Assembly (NCBI GenBank): GCA_051453625.1
Contig: JBOZIK010000001.1
Location: forward strand, 34,857,960-34,921,959
Direction of reading: 5' to 3'
Source of the DNA: Welwitschia mirabilis
Lineage: Eukaryota
DNA: 64,000 bases
The first letter of the stretch is position 1, and each line of letters opens with the position of its first letter. The position numbers and the translations under genes were made by a program. Shown here piece by piece: positions 13,172-27,623 of this stretch. The notes under the pieces were generated by a model. It was not told where the DNA came from. It saw only the letters and a program-made list of their open reading frames with translations, and ran no database searches.

Positions 13172-14466
13172 TGAAAGAATCTAAAACCTTAGAGGGGAAA
13201 GGGAATGAATAGGATATAAAAATAAATAAATAAATTCAAAAGCTATCTTCACTAGTATTGAATACTAAAATATATGTACAAATGAAAAATAAAAATAGTC
13301 TAAAAGCAAATAACTAAAAGTACAAAAATACTAATGGATATTTACACATAATTTATATTAGTTTAGGAAATTTCTTACTTCACTCTCAGTGATTAACTTA
13401 TACCCAAGTCTGATCTGGATCTTTGTCAATTACTTTATAGGTATTTCAGGTTCACCTATAACTTTATAAATGGACTTTTTAGAGGCTCATTCTCAACCTT
13501 TAGAGAGAATGTTATGTGGTGATAATGGCATGTTGTAATGCATAGATTACACTAGATCTGAAGCTCAATAATGATATTGCTACACTGCTTAAGATAATAG
13601 TATAATTCATGAACATATATTACAAATTGGTTGATCAAGTACAATGATAATAAAAGATATTTCTTTCTTTGGTTAGATAGAAGATATTTCAATGCATAGT
13701 TCCAAATCTCATCAAAAGATATTAAACAGTGATACAAAAGTTGTTAAATAATTTTGATAGATAAAAAATATATAAGAGAAATATTTTAGGGTATCATAAG
13801 TGAAATAGATTCTTCAACAAATAAAAATAGGTGCTCAAGTAGCTAGGAAAATCTCAATTCCATTATGATAGATTGACCCCTTGAAATGTCATATTGACTT
13901 CATCTAATACCATCATTAAAGTCGATTATCATCAGCTTCTTCTAGTCAACTAAAGTTTTTTTTCTGACTTCATGTCTGATTGATCCCTTAGGGATCTGGT
14001 TGACCACATGTCCAGTCAACTACATTTTGGTCTAGTAAATCCTATGTCCAAAAAACTGCAAAACAACATTTATGACCCTAATTTGGTAAGTCCCTCTAAA
14101 GTCTAGTTCACCCCTTAATGAAAAAGGACTAGAACATTTTACTCTAGGTTTAGTTGATCCTTTTGGAATCTGATTAACCACTTGATATTTAGATGTGATA
14201 AATTTGTTGCTTAGGTTTAGTCAACTCCTTTGGAATCTAGTTGACTCCTCTGTAATTTGTTTTTGACACTTTATGATTAAGGTTTAGTAAATCCTTTAAG
14301 ATTCTGGTTAATACCTTTAAGGATATAAAACTTGTTAGGTAAGGTTTATAATAAAAGATTTCAGCTTCTAACCTATAATGATTAATATTTTCTACAAAGG
14401 ATATAATATGTTTTGCTAAATAGAAAATGTTAGTTTGATATTAACTTAACAAATTATAACTCAACA
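13172..14466 (-). repeat. 5' LTR of SIRE element 2
   Basis: Homologous to 5284-6573. It has TG...CA termini (tgaaag...ctcaaca on +) and a decayed iMet PBS just inside at about 13158-13170. Confidence 0.92.
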
Positions 14467-14843
14467 TGAAGTATCCATTTCCAATCTCAGTATTAAGAGA
14501 GAAATTAGAGTTTTCTAAAAGTAATCAAGACTCAATCTAAAGTTGAGACTTCTTCCCAATATATGATTAGTAAAGCTCTTTCCCTAAGTTTCTTGTAGTT
14601 GCAAGTTGTATAAAGATCCATAAAAATTAGGCTATCTATGATGATCTTCAGGTGGAAAACTAAAATATAACAAATCATCAAAGTTAAGATTTGTCTTGAT
14701 CATAATTAGTAAACATATAGTTTTTTTGAAAAATGATAACTACNNNNNNNNNNNNNNNNNNNNNNNNNNNNNNNNNNNNNNNNNNNNNNNNNNNNNNNNN
14801 NNNNNNNNNNNNNNNNNNNNNNNNNNNNNNNNNNNNNNNNNNN

Positions 14844-16326
14844 TCACTCAGCTCGCATAAAGCACAAAGTGTAGAACAAGTTTCTTGCAAATAATAATCA
14901 ATGTGGTGATTTCAAGATCATACAAAGTACAAGGGGTAGATCTAATAATTTGCTAAATTGAAATATGAATCCTTAAATTAAATTTTACTTTAAAGTAAAG
15001 ATATAAAATTACAAGAAATAAACATTACAATTTGTAAAAAAGGAAATTAAAGTACACTTCAAATGGATAATAAAATAATTACTTGTAGACCAAAAGGTAA
15101 TCAAGCAATTGAAAGTAGATAAGAGGTTAAAATACAACACTACTCAAACTAACAAATTGAAATGAATTCAAAATACTTACTTAAGTAATGATAAGATTCC
15201 TTTTTCTTTTAAACTCTTCCCTCACAATGATGTCAAAATGTTGTGATGCATGTTTTTACTCCTAATTTCCATATTATAAAGATTTAATTTAACTTTCAAC
15301 ATATGAAAAGCTAATAATTTAATTACACATAATACAAATTTGTATAGTGGGATCAACCCAAATGTCATACACTTAGAGAAGACTTTTAAAACCAAATATG
15401 AAAATTATCTTAGAAAGAAAAGAACAACATATTTTAAATTTTGCTTTAAAGGAAATAAAATTAAACTATGCAAAGACAAAGATGCAATGCAATGCAATGG
15501 AAAAAGATGAAATGAAATGTAATGAATGCAATTCTAATGTAATGAAATAATTAAACTCCCAATCTAATATTACTTAGATTGATCCGTATAACCTATTTTA
15601 ATTAGAAATTTATATAATTTAAATTGCAATTAAGATAAGCTATAAGGAAGAACAATAAAACATTTAAAAAGATTTTAATTTACTCAATACTTTTATTACT
15701 AAAATTGAATGACATTCACTTACAATAACAACTTCTCAATGGAAGATTCACTACCTAATACTAAGGTGGTTCTTCTTATAAGTAGGATGGATCTTCTTTC
15801 CTCCAATAATCTCTAATTATTACAAGAATGTAGATGAAAAAATATGATTTTGAATAGGTTCTGAAAGAATCTATTTATAGGTTAGGATAGGTCACTAAAG
15901 GGTGTAAAACAAAGAAGTATGAGTTAGATTAATTCTTTTATAATAATTTAATTAAGTTTACATATTATTTTGACCATCATCTATTGTGTCATTTCCATGA
16001 CATAGAGGATGATACTCCATCTGCCAAATAATGTTTAAACATGTTGAAAATGCTGACAGTCATTCGGATTGTCATCCCCATGACATAAACGAGAACACTG
16101 TCATCTCCTCTATCATCCCTCTAATATGGAGGATACCCATAATAACTTCATCATATTTATTTGTTTCATCATTATCCCAAAATAGCTTTTTATGTTAAAA
16201 ATTATTGCATATTTTAGCCTATATGGATATTTGTATAATTTATATAAATCCCTAGTAAAACCTATTAATAGGACCTAAAAATATATTCCACAAGTGTATT
16301 AAATAGGTTAACTTGGCATTACAACA
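14844..16326 (-). mobile_element. Athila-type element B: 5' LTR (15239-16326), decayed PBS and leader, truncated by a gap
   Basis: The LTR runs tgttgtgatg...ggcattacaaca on +, and its reverse complement resembles LTR 34333-35366. The minus-strand TTTTGACATCATTGTGAGGGAA after the LTR resembles the Athila PBS TGGCGCCGTTGCCGGGGA. Confidence 0.75.
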
Positions 16327-18416
16327 AATATCAAAAGTTTTAATTAGTAGTATCTTTTAGATAGTGAAAAATTATTTTAACTAATAGAAGATGTCATCCT
16401 CTAGGATCACTTTGATAATAAAAATAAATGGATCTACTCAAAATAATATCATATCTACTAGTAGTAAGATACAATAAACTATTAATCATACCTTTGTGCA
16501 GTTTCTAATCAACTTTCTTATCATGCTCATATTCATGCAGTTTTATGCTTTACTTCATTAGGATATCTTTGGCCTTACAATCTTATAAGCCATGTTTAAC
16601 TAGAAAATTTTTAATATATTTAGTTTGAGAAATGAATGTATCTTATTTGTGTTACATCACTTGAAGCCCCAAAAAGTTACTCATATCTTTCATGGAACTT
16701 ATTTTGAATCCATCTTACATAATCTTAAAAAACTTCTTACATAATAGTTTATTAGTAGTTCCAAAGATAATATCATCCACATAGATCTGTATAATAGTAA
16801 AATACTTACCATCCTTTTTAATAAATATTGTAATATTAGATATACCTCCTTTGAATCTATGTTTTATTAGATGACCTGATAATTTTTCATACCAAGCTCT
16901 ATGTACTTGTTTGTAATTATAAAGGACCTTTTTTGGTTCGCAAACATAGTCTGATTTATGAGAAGTTATAAATCCTTATGTTTCTCAACATATAATATTT
17001 CTTAAAGTACTCTATTTAGAAAGGAAATTTTAACATTCATTTAATAGAGTTTAAATCCTTTAATGTATGAAAAGGCTAAAAGAATTTTTCTAGACTCCAT
17101 AGAAGCTATTGGGGTAAAGGTTTCTTTCAAAGTTCAAGACTTCTTATTGGTTCACATATCATTTATCTACTACCGTAGCTTTGTTTCTAATAAAATTATC
17201 ATTTTCATTTATTTTGTTTCTAAAAATTCATTTTATGTCAATAATAAGTTGATTAGATGATCTTAAAGTGAGTTCCTACAGATCACATTTTTAAAATTAA
17301 TTAAGTTTGTCTTGCATTTCTAGCATCTAATGTTTATTAATTTTTCTTCATTGAAAGGTTTGGATTTTAACTATTAGATATATACTGCAAATTTACAAAA
17401 CTCCTTAGTATGGCTTAAGTTTGAATACCACCATATAGACCACCTATTATGTTTCTTATAGAGTGACTTATTCCTGGTCTAATTATGTTTGAAGAAGTTT
17501 CCTTAATTGTTTCTTCTTCTTTGTTCTCCTCACTTTTTGGTTAAACTTGAGGATGGCTAGATGATTGATCAATCCATATGGAAATATAGTTATCTTACAC
17601 ATAAATAGAAGTTAAGTTAATATCATTTATTTTAATGTTTATGCTTCCTTATACTACATGAGTTATATTGCTGAACATTTGGTAGGATATACTAACCATG
17701 AAATAACCTAAAAGAATGTCATTATCAACTTTGGAATTAAATTTCCTTAGATTATACATTTCATTTAAGATGAAACATTTTGCCCCCAAAATATAAAAAC
17801 AACTTACTAATGGTTTCTTACTAGATTATAGTTTCTATGAGGTTTTGGAAGTAAAACATCTTATCAAAACTTAACTAGAAATGTAACATGCAGTGTTGAT
17901 GGCTTCTATCCAAAAATGATAAGGAACGTATTTATTGTGCATCATTGTCCTTGTCATTTTATTTAAAACTCTGTTCTTTCTTTTAGTAACTCCATTTTGT
18001 TGTGGAGTTCTTAGTGAAGAGAATTGGTAAAAATACTAAACTATTCACAAAAATATATGAACTTGGCATTTTCAAATTTAGTACTATTATGACTTCTTAT
18101 TATCTTAGTCTTGTCATTTTGGCTTTGTATTTTAATACATAACCTATAAAAAAAATCAAATACCTCATCCTTGTATGTAAGGAAGGCTACCTGTGTAAAA
18201 TAAAAGTAATCATTAATAATCCTTAAAAAATATATTTTCTTATTAAGACTTCCTATAGGATATTCTTCAATAATATCAAGATGTAAAAGATCTAAAGGAC
18301 ATTTAGTTGTAATAGTGATTTTCATACCAAAACTTACCCTATTTGCTTTTCTTTTTGGAATTCTTCATAAATGTGATTACTAATGCTTTGCAACTTAGGA
18401 AGTCCTTTAACCATTT
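16327..18416 (-). pseudogene. Copia/SIRE-like element 3, degenerate integrase and RT
   Basis: RT IIQIYVDDIIFG (~16770-16800); integrase PLDLLHLD and IRSHNSTKFEN (ORF 18041-18325) plus TPQQNG. Interrupted on both sides by Gypsy LTRs. Confidence 0.9.
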
Positions 18417-19967
18417 CTTTGGAATGAAAATCATGTAATGAATTTTGTATTTTCTTCTAATGAATCCTTTAGTTTTAATACCTACAATTCTCAATAAGCT
18501 TACACAAAAAAAACTATTATATGAAAGTTAACTCAAATGTTATACTCTAGAGAGGAATTCTAAATAGGAATTCAGAATATTACATGAATAAAAAAGAATA
18601 AAACTAAAATTATTTTGTATTCAAGCTTAATAATGAAAATGTAATTAATGTAATTGCTAATATGAATGTAACATAAATGCGAATCCTACCAAGTATACCA
18701 ACATAATATAATCCACGTTGATCCTTATAATCTATATTAATTATAAATGATTGTTACTTAAATGAAATTAACATAAACTATAAGGAAGATGAAAATAAAT
18801 TTTAAAAGAATACTTTAATACATAACTTTATTAATTAAAATATTAACAACCTTTTCTAAAGCAAGAACTCCTCAATGAAGGAGACATAGCTCAATACCAA
18901 GAAATATCCTTCTCTATAACTAGGATGGATCACTTGCTTAAGTAATCCTTAAATAATCATAAGACTAATTGATGCATTAAAGATATGAAATGAGGAATCT
19001 CATTTGGGTATTTATACATTTGAGATGATGATTAGGGTTGTCAAATGATTGTAATAAATCAAAGGTAATCATAACACTAATTTCATAATTGTTGAAGTTT
19101 ATTTTGTATTCATTATGACTATCATCCACTTAGGTGTTGTCTACATGATATGGTGAATGATGGTTGATTTTGTCTTCTAGTGGATTCTTATCCTTCATGT
19201 GCCTTTTTGATGATAGTTAACTTTCATACTTTTAATGTTACCATGAGTATCATCTAGATATTAAGGTGGATAACTGTTAGCTATTAATTTAAAATTTTTG
19301 TTTCTTATGATCCTACTAGTCATCATAGATGTCATCTAAATGACCACGTAGATGACATGTCATTTTGATTTTTTCTACTTCTTTTTATGATAATTGATTT
19401 TCTTCTTATCATATGAAGATTTTTCTTACTAAAATCAAACTTTATAAGTATATTGATGAAGATTGAACATTTGCTTAAATATGATCATGAATTTTGACTT
19501 AATTAATACATTACTATGTCTTTCAAAAGTGTTGAATTTTATGGTGTATGTTGTTAGCTTTCAGGGTTATTTTCCAAATGTGATTTGATTCCTTTAATGA
19601 CTATCATTCTTTAGACTATCATCTAGATGATAGGGTGGGTAACTATTAGTAGAAACCTATTTTATTTATTTATTAATCCTATTAGTCATTCCATTGAGTG
19701 TCATTTAGATGACCAAGTGGATTATAGTCTTATGTTTATTCTCTAGCCTCATGATTACCATTCATATTCTGCACTAGATTCATGATGGTGTGATAAAGTT
19801 AGAAATTTTAAAATATGTTTAGAAAAGAGCTCATTGTCTTCAAATTTAGTGATCTATGTGATCATCTTGATTAAGCTTCAAATTTATCTTATTTACATTT
19901 GAAACCTATTAAATATGCATACAACATAGTCTAAAAATATTAAGTATCATCATTTGAACTCACAACA
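18417..19967 (-). repeat. 3' LTR of Athila element C
   Basis: Aligns along its length with 27624-29199, and both end ctcacaaca on +. Confidence 0.92.
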
Positions 19968-21559
19968 TAACCTGTACTAAGCATTTGTCTCTCTCGAATA
20001 AAGAAAGCAAAAAAGAATAGAAATGAGCCAAATTGAAAAAACAATGAATTATAACACTTAAGAATAAAATATTTTATATTACATATTAAAAAGATATTCC
20101 ATTTTAACATCATGAGGAGGATATGTATTCGATTTAGAGTTTATTATTTCAAATATATAAAAAGCATATTTTCATTAAATAAATTTCTTTCAATTAAATC
20201 CATTCTTTTGAGGATTTTAGAGATTCAAGTTCCATAAAGTTGAAAAATTTGTTTCAAATTTGTATTAACCAAAAAGAACAAGCTAAAAGTATCAAGGAAT
20301 GTAAAATAAGAAAGACAAAGACAAACGAATAAGAAAGCACAACTAGAAAATGATAAGAAAAAATAAGATGGAAATGAAACTAAGGATCAATGATGAAAGA
20401 AAGCATATGGACAGGAGAAGATCAATGACAAGCTAAAAAGCTATACATCTTATTAATATGCAATTAAAATGTGATAATGGATTTGATACTTCCAAGTAAA
20501 AACAATCAAGAAGATGAAAAATACAAATCAACAAAAAGGCATATGAAGAGGATTAACTATTTATCCTAAACATTTACTTAACTATACTCAATGGTTTTGA
20601 TCATTGAACTACTTAATAATAAAGATGTAGGATTTAGTGCTAAACTAAAATAAGTTTCATGTGATAGGAAAAATAATTTTTACAATACTAAATGATTCTT
20701 ATACAAGATATTAATATAATATTAGGACTAAAATCAATTCAATCATTGATAGAAGAAAAAATAAACTTTGGCTAATATATCATTCAATGATCAATATGTT
20801 TTAACATACTATTAAATCTATAACATTAGAGTTATTAAAATTAATTTAGTTAAGTGTTAAAAAACACTATTCATCATGATGAGTGAAGTGTAACCACTAC
20901 ATAAGGAGTAAAGACCTATAAGCTAAGATTAGATAGTGGCTAACTGACTCTTTGGTGGAGTTTCCATAACTACCATAACATGCTACCAAATGTCTTTTCC
21001 AAAAAAATTTACCTTGGTATGCTTGTGGTAGGACCTCATGGAATTTATTTTAACATTTTATTTTTTTCTTTTGATTTTTCTTATTTTTCTTTTCTATTCA
21101 AAGATTTTTTTTCCTTGAAAGAATACACTATGATTTCCTTGTTCGAAACATTGATTAATCATTAGAATAATAAATTAACTAAGTACAAAGTTTCTAATTA
21201 GAATCTAATTTAACATAAATAGAAAAATCTATTATAAACATTAAAGTTCATAGACATTAGAATTTCTTAGATTGGCTGAAATTCAAGATTTATCATTATA
21301 AACTCCCAAAGTAAATAATTACTTTCATGAAAACTTATATGAAATCTATTACAAAAACAAGTTAGTAAATGATTAAACATTATAATAATTCAATCAAAGA
21401 ATCTAGCTAAAAAAATATTTAGATAATAGTAAAAGGAAAGATGTTTTTCTTGGGCAAGAGGATCATCGAGGTCAATTTCTTTAATCATATCCATGATATA
21501 ATGATAATCATCAGTGATTAATATAACTTAAATCATTGTCCACTTACTTTAAAAATTCT

Positions 21560-24500
21560 TGAGTGTTTAAATTAGGGAGATCTCAATAGAGCCATTAATA
21601 TGCACTTTTTCTATTTGACATGGATCTAGCAATTTAGAGATTAACTAATTATGAAGAAGATGCATTCAAGTATTGGATAATAGAATTAATTAACTAGGTT
21701 AAAAATATTTAAAGATAAGCTTTTTGTCATAATAAATTTTTCCTTAAGTTTTTGGATGTGTTGTTTATAAATAGCATGATTGCATGTCTCATCAAGACGT
21801 TGAAGTTGGACTAGTTCATGCTAAATATTAGCATTAAAATCCATATAACACTAAGTTGATGAATGGTTTTATAGGAATTATATCATACATTAATGGAAAG
21901 AATATAATCTTTATCATACAGAAGTTCATAAGGGAAAAAACCAAGGAAATTACTCTAAGTAGTATGTTAAGTCAAAATTATATCATGAAGTTTGACAAAC
22001 CAAGACTTATTATTTTGTGAGAATAATTTCTAAAGAATTTACTTTATTTTTTATTATCAATTTCAACTTGAACATTGGTTTGGAAATGATAATTATTATT
22101 TATGATTATCCTTGATTCTAACAGAAAGAATACATTTCCTAAGAACCTTGTCTATAAATAAGTGCCTTAATCACTAATCAAGATTCTAGAAAAGCTAAAT
22201 CTATGAAAAATATTAAATCTACATAAATAACATACATTTTTCACATTATTTTTGATTTTAGAAATGAATTCTACCCATTTGCTTACATAATCCACAACCA
22301 CCAAATGTAATTTTTATTACAAGAAGATGGTGTAAGAGGACCTATGAAGTTTATGACCTAATAATCAAAAGATTCATACTCTAAGATATGTTGGAGGGAC
22401 ATTTTTAAGATCTAGAAAGAATACTAAAATTTTTATAAGCATTAAATTTTTTTTATAAAGTTAAATAAATCTTTAAATAAGGTGGACTAATAAAACCTAC
22501 ATGAGGGATTTTCGTAGAGGTCTTTTGATCACTAAAATGACCTCCACACTAATACCATAACAAAGAGTAAGAACATCATATTACTTTGATTTTAGCACAT
22601 ATTCACATGATTTTATCTTGACATATTTGACAAAGATGAGGTTCATGCCACTTATAGCCTTCTATTCTATGAATAAAAGATTTTATCTAATTATGATTCC
22701 AATGTTGGGGAGTTTTTAGAGTAACAAGATAGTTAACAATATCAACATATCATGGGGTATGATGTCTAAAAGTGATGAAATAAAAATGTGTAATAAAGAA
22801 GAGTTGACCATTTAGAAAATTATCTTGAATAGAAAAATAAGAAGAAAAATGTAGGGGATGTTGTTCATGAGGGATTTCAAATAAATTATTAGCCATAAAA
22901 TTATGTTTTCCTTCTTTATTAATGATGGTTAAAATGAATTTTTGCATTAACAATATCCATTTAATAGGCCTTGTACTAGAATGTTTCTTGATCATTATAT
23001 ATTAAATGGCAACATGATCACTATAAACATTAGTATAAAAACCAAGAATATAATGTCAAATTTTATCAGTACAAAATATGATGGTAAGCACTTCTTTTTT
23101 AAATGGTGGTATAACTAAGTTGAGCTCATAAAATTATTTTACTGATATAGAAAATAATATTGTAATGTTTTTCATGTTTTTATCTTAACACACCTCCTAT
23201 AAAAATATTACTTGTATCACACATAAGTTTAAAATATTTAAACCAATCAAGTCCTTCTATAAGAGGTGCTAAAGTGATCTTGTCTTTAAGATTTTCAAAG
23301 GCATATTGACAAGACTAATTTCAATCAAATTTAGCATCTTTTTCTAAGAGACATGAATAGTTTGCAAATTTTAGCATAGCCTTTACTGAATCTTCAATAA
23401 AAACTAGCATAATCAAGAAAAGATCTGATTTTTTTACATCAGTTAGAGTGGGGAAGTTTCTAATGATGTTTTTTTAGTAAGATTTATTTAAATGTCATTT
23501 ATAAAAATATAATGATCTAACATTATCCTCTTCCTTACCAAGAAATAGCTCTTTTTCAAACTCAAGTAAAGACTAATTTCTATGCATCAGTTAAGTATTT
23601 TTCTAATCTTTATAAGATTTCCTCAAAAGAGTATTAAAAGGCACAAAAGTCATCCATAAAGATTTCTATTAATTTTTCAATCATATTTGAAAATATACTC
23701 ATCATAGCCCTTTAAAACATTCTAGGTGCATTACATAAACCAAAGGAAATTCTTCTAAAGAAAGACATACCAGGGTCTAATTGAGGTATTTTTTTTGTCA
23801 ATGTCTCACACTTCATTATACAAATTGTAGTTTTGTATCATGTGAAATGAACAAAAGTCAAAATATCTTCATATATCAAATGTTCCCTAATGAGGATTAC
23901 ATCTTCAAAATTGTACCCTTCCCATGACATATAAGCTATTAATATATTCTTTTCCAAGCATATTTCTCCACCTACTGTAACTGCACCATTTACCAAAATT
24001 TATCCTTTCTTTATATATTTTCCTTGGTTAATGTAAGGTTTTTGATACATCAAAGTATTGCTATTAGAACATTGGTATGTCTGTAATTCGACCAAATGAA
24101 GAGGTGAAAGTTATCATGTCTTGACCTTCATTGGTTAGACATACTTGATTGTAATCACTATATCCATCAAGAATTCATGGCCTTAGATCCTACCAATAAT
24201 TTAATCTAGAAATGGTAAGGAACAATATTTTTTTCTAATGACATTGTTAAGCTTTCTAAAATCAATGCAAACTCACACTTCCCATCTTTTTTTAGTACTA
24301 TAAGAATAAGGCTAATCCATTCACTATCAAAAATGGCATAAATGATTCTTGCATCTATAAGTTTAATGATTTATTCCTTTAATACTTACTTAAGGGTAGG
24401 GTTAAGACTCCTTTATGGTTATATAATGATCTTGGCATTACCTTCCAAATAAAATTTTATGTTAGACAATGAAAGAAGGAATTATTAAAAGATCTTTATG

Positions 24501-27000
24501 AGTCTAAGCAAAAGCATGTATTTTGAATTTGAGAAATTGAAGTAGTAATTCTTCTTAAGAAGGATGAAGACATGCATTAATGAATAATAGCTTCTAAAGA
24601 TCATTATTCAAAAAATATGTATTTTAGTTTATTTGGTAGTTCTTTATGTTTTAAATAAAAATTATCCTTATTATTAGTGGAATTCTTTCTTCACGTAGAA
24701 TGTTTTTGATGGTTTTAACATGTTGAGCATTATGATTAATGAGATATTTAAAGATTTAATTTCTTTCTTAATTTAAGTTTTTGTTCTAGAGGCCATTATT
24801 GAGATTACATTAATTAGAGGAATTAAGACCTTTTAATATTTTTGCATATTCTTTAAGATTATTGAATAAAGTGGGGTTTTATAAATTAATAATACTCTCT
24901 TCTAAATAATGTTGTTGAATAAGCATTGAGGGTTTGATTTATTTCTCAAGATTAAAATATTCTCCCATATCTTTTTTAGCTATGTCAAACAATCTAATAA
25001 TGAACTTCTTATTTCTTACATGGCATTCCATCATTCCTATTCATGTATCAATAATGTAATAGGCTATTTCATAAAAAGCTATTCCTAAGAGTAAAGAGTA
25101 TCCTACATTATGTTCTACATCAATAATAATGATTTCTATAGGGTAAAAGGTCTTTTTAATTTCTATGACTAGAATCTTAATAACTCTAATTGGTTTTCGA
25201 AGAGTTTCATCAGCTAGTTCCAATAATTTTTTGTTGATTCAATCCTATGTTGTAAATCAAACCTTTTACATATGTGAAATGGCATAATGTCAACATAAGA
25301 TTTCACGCCTATTAGTACTTTCTTGATCTTTTTGATTTCTTCTAAGATATCAATAACTATGGAAGCCATGAGGTCTTTGAATTTTGAATTTTTTTGTGCT
25401 ACTAAGTTAAAAAAGGAATTGTATAATGAAAATCCTACTTGGTATTATTCTTTTCTATTTTCCCTTAACTAAGTTCTTTCAAAGTTTGTTGTATCTAGGA
25501 TTATCTTATAGTATTTTCTAGAAAGGTAGGTTGATGCTCATATATTGAATAATTACCTTAAGATAATCATCATAGGTAGGATTAGTATTTTGTCTTTCTA
25601 ACCAAGGATTTATGGGTTTATTTTTCATATCCTTATTGGGTGTGTTATGATTGGATTTTTCTTTAGGAGCTAAAGAAAAGCAAGGTCAATTAAGAAATTC
25701 TACACCATTATCATGGATTTTATCTTCTTACTTGTAAGATGTGAGGGTAGCTTCATTGGGATTTGTATCATATCCATTTATTCTCACTATCTTCCAATCC
25801 TTTTTAACATCATTTGGGATGAGAATGATTTGGATTGGAAGAGAGCCTTAAGATCTTTGGTTTCCTACCATGGTTTGTTAAAGGATTCCAATTAGATTGT
25901 CTAAGTTCTTATTTTGATTTTTAAAATTTTTGTTAGTATTTTGTTTCATATTCTTCATTTTTCATCTGTTAACTCTCTAAGAAGTTAGGCTAAAAGTTGT
26001 GAGGATGAAAATTACTAGATAGAAAAATATTCAACTAAAAGTTATTGCTTCTATGTCTGTTACCAAAGAGGATCTAAAGGTACATTGTGGTCCCATATTT
26101 TATGGCTAAAATTATTGATTATTTTTGGAAGTATTAGGTCTTTGATTAAATACATAGGCTTCTTCATAGATTATTTCTCTACATGTTGGTTAAACAAGAC
26201 AATCCTTAATGTAATAGAAGTTGTCTTCACATATTTCATAAATAGAATAAGGTATTGATGATTAATATTATTCATTTAACACTTTTACATTAGTTAAGGC
26301 CTTGGTATAAGTTTTTAATATGCTGGTAAGATCTTCAACTAGGTTGTTAGGGCTAGATTGCTTTTCATGTTGTATCTTTTTGATGTCTTTCAACATTTGT
26401 TCTATAGTTCTATTTTCTTTGATGGTTGATTTAGGCCATGTCTAACTAATTTTTATCAATTTTTATAAATATTGTCAAGCATCCTCCAAAGTTAAGTTGA
26501 GTAAATTTTCTCCCAATGAATTAGTTAATAAGTTCTACTTTTAAAAAATCATCTATAGGATTAGATGAAACAACACTTAAATATTTATTATAAGCTATAA
26601 CATAATCCTCATGAGGTTGTTGTGCAAATTTAATAATTTATTTTTTTACTTTTTCTTATGATTACTTTAGTCATGAATCATTTTATGAATGAATCTTGAA
26701 CTTGGATCCAAGTATTAAGGCTTTTATGTGGGATAGTAATTAATTTTTATCCTTGCTTCTAAGGGTTAAAGGAAAAATAATCATGTAAGTTCTATTAGTT
26801 ACCTTCTTTTTTCGATTTCTTAATGTAAGAATGAGTTGTTCTATTTTAGCTAAGTGTTAAAAAGGACTTTTTTAATCTTCTCCCAAGAAGGTAAGATAGT
26901 CTTATAAGTTTTAAGTCTTACATCATCTTTATTGGGTAGGTCAAAGGGGTTTTGGATCTTTTTTTTGCTTTAACATATTAGTTCCTTAAGAGTTAATGTA
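21560..27000 (-). pseudogene. Degenerate gag-pol of Athila element C
   Basis: gag YMIIFPLTLR; protease region LELADETLRKPIRVI (ORF 25041-25223); RT FLDGYSDYNQ, FGLCNAP and IFMDDF; RH IKWILLMQKF...KEGKHNFMANNL (ORF 22750-22995); integrase VVVDYVSKWVE. Confidence 0.93.
23773..24093. mobile_element. ~320-bp foreign insertion within the RT of element C (possible MITE/MULE remnant or repair filler)
   Basis: It splits the RT motif TFTSSFG|MSFFRRISFGLCNAP. The ends ggtctaatt and aattcgacc form an imperfect inverted repeat, and there is no clear TSD. Confidence 0.6.
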
Positions 27001-27623
27001 AAAGTAGGAGTATAAGGAGAGGTAGATATCTTTGGATATTTAGAAGGAAAAAAGGTTTGAAAGGTAGGATTTAAAGGAGAAGAGTATTTAAGCAAATTAC
27101 TTTTAGAAATGAATGAATCTCTTTTAGAAATGTAAAAAGTAGAATAATTATCTTCATCTATTCTAGATTAAAATGAAACTTTCTCATCCCAAGTTCTTGA
27201 ACTGAAGTTCACTAATTCTTATTTAATTGTTTGGCTGAAAAAGTTATTCTCCCATTGATGCTTTGTTTATGTGACCATTTACTTACATTTTGATAAAAGT
27301 TTAAAACAAATTTATTTACATCCAAGTGAAAAACTCTCTTCCAGATTACATAAAGTATAAGAAGGAGGTTATACAAAGAGTGAATGTAACATAAAGTGTA
27401 GATCAAGCTTATTAAAAATGATGGTAATTCCTAAAAGTAAAACTAACAAAGATTAGAAAACAAATCTAAACTAAGAGAGTAAAAGTGTAAACTAAGCTAA
27501 GAAGGAAAAAAATTATATATACATACTATGTAAGTAAACATGATAAAATCAATTTACTTGCTTGGATAGTGAAAATAAACCTTTTAGAGTTCCTTGAACT
27601 CCTCTCGACCAATGAAACCAATT

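Larger units (their letters stand above)
5284..14466 (-). mobile_element. Full-length degenerate Copia/SIRE (Sirevirus) element 2, ~9.2 kb
   Basis: Two homologous ~1.29-kb LTRs, Copia domain order gag-PR-INT-RT-RH, an extra ORF before the 3' LTR, and multiple PPTs. The flanks TGACA/TGAAG are only a 3/5 TSD match. Confidence 0.95.
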
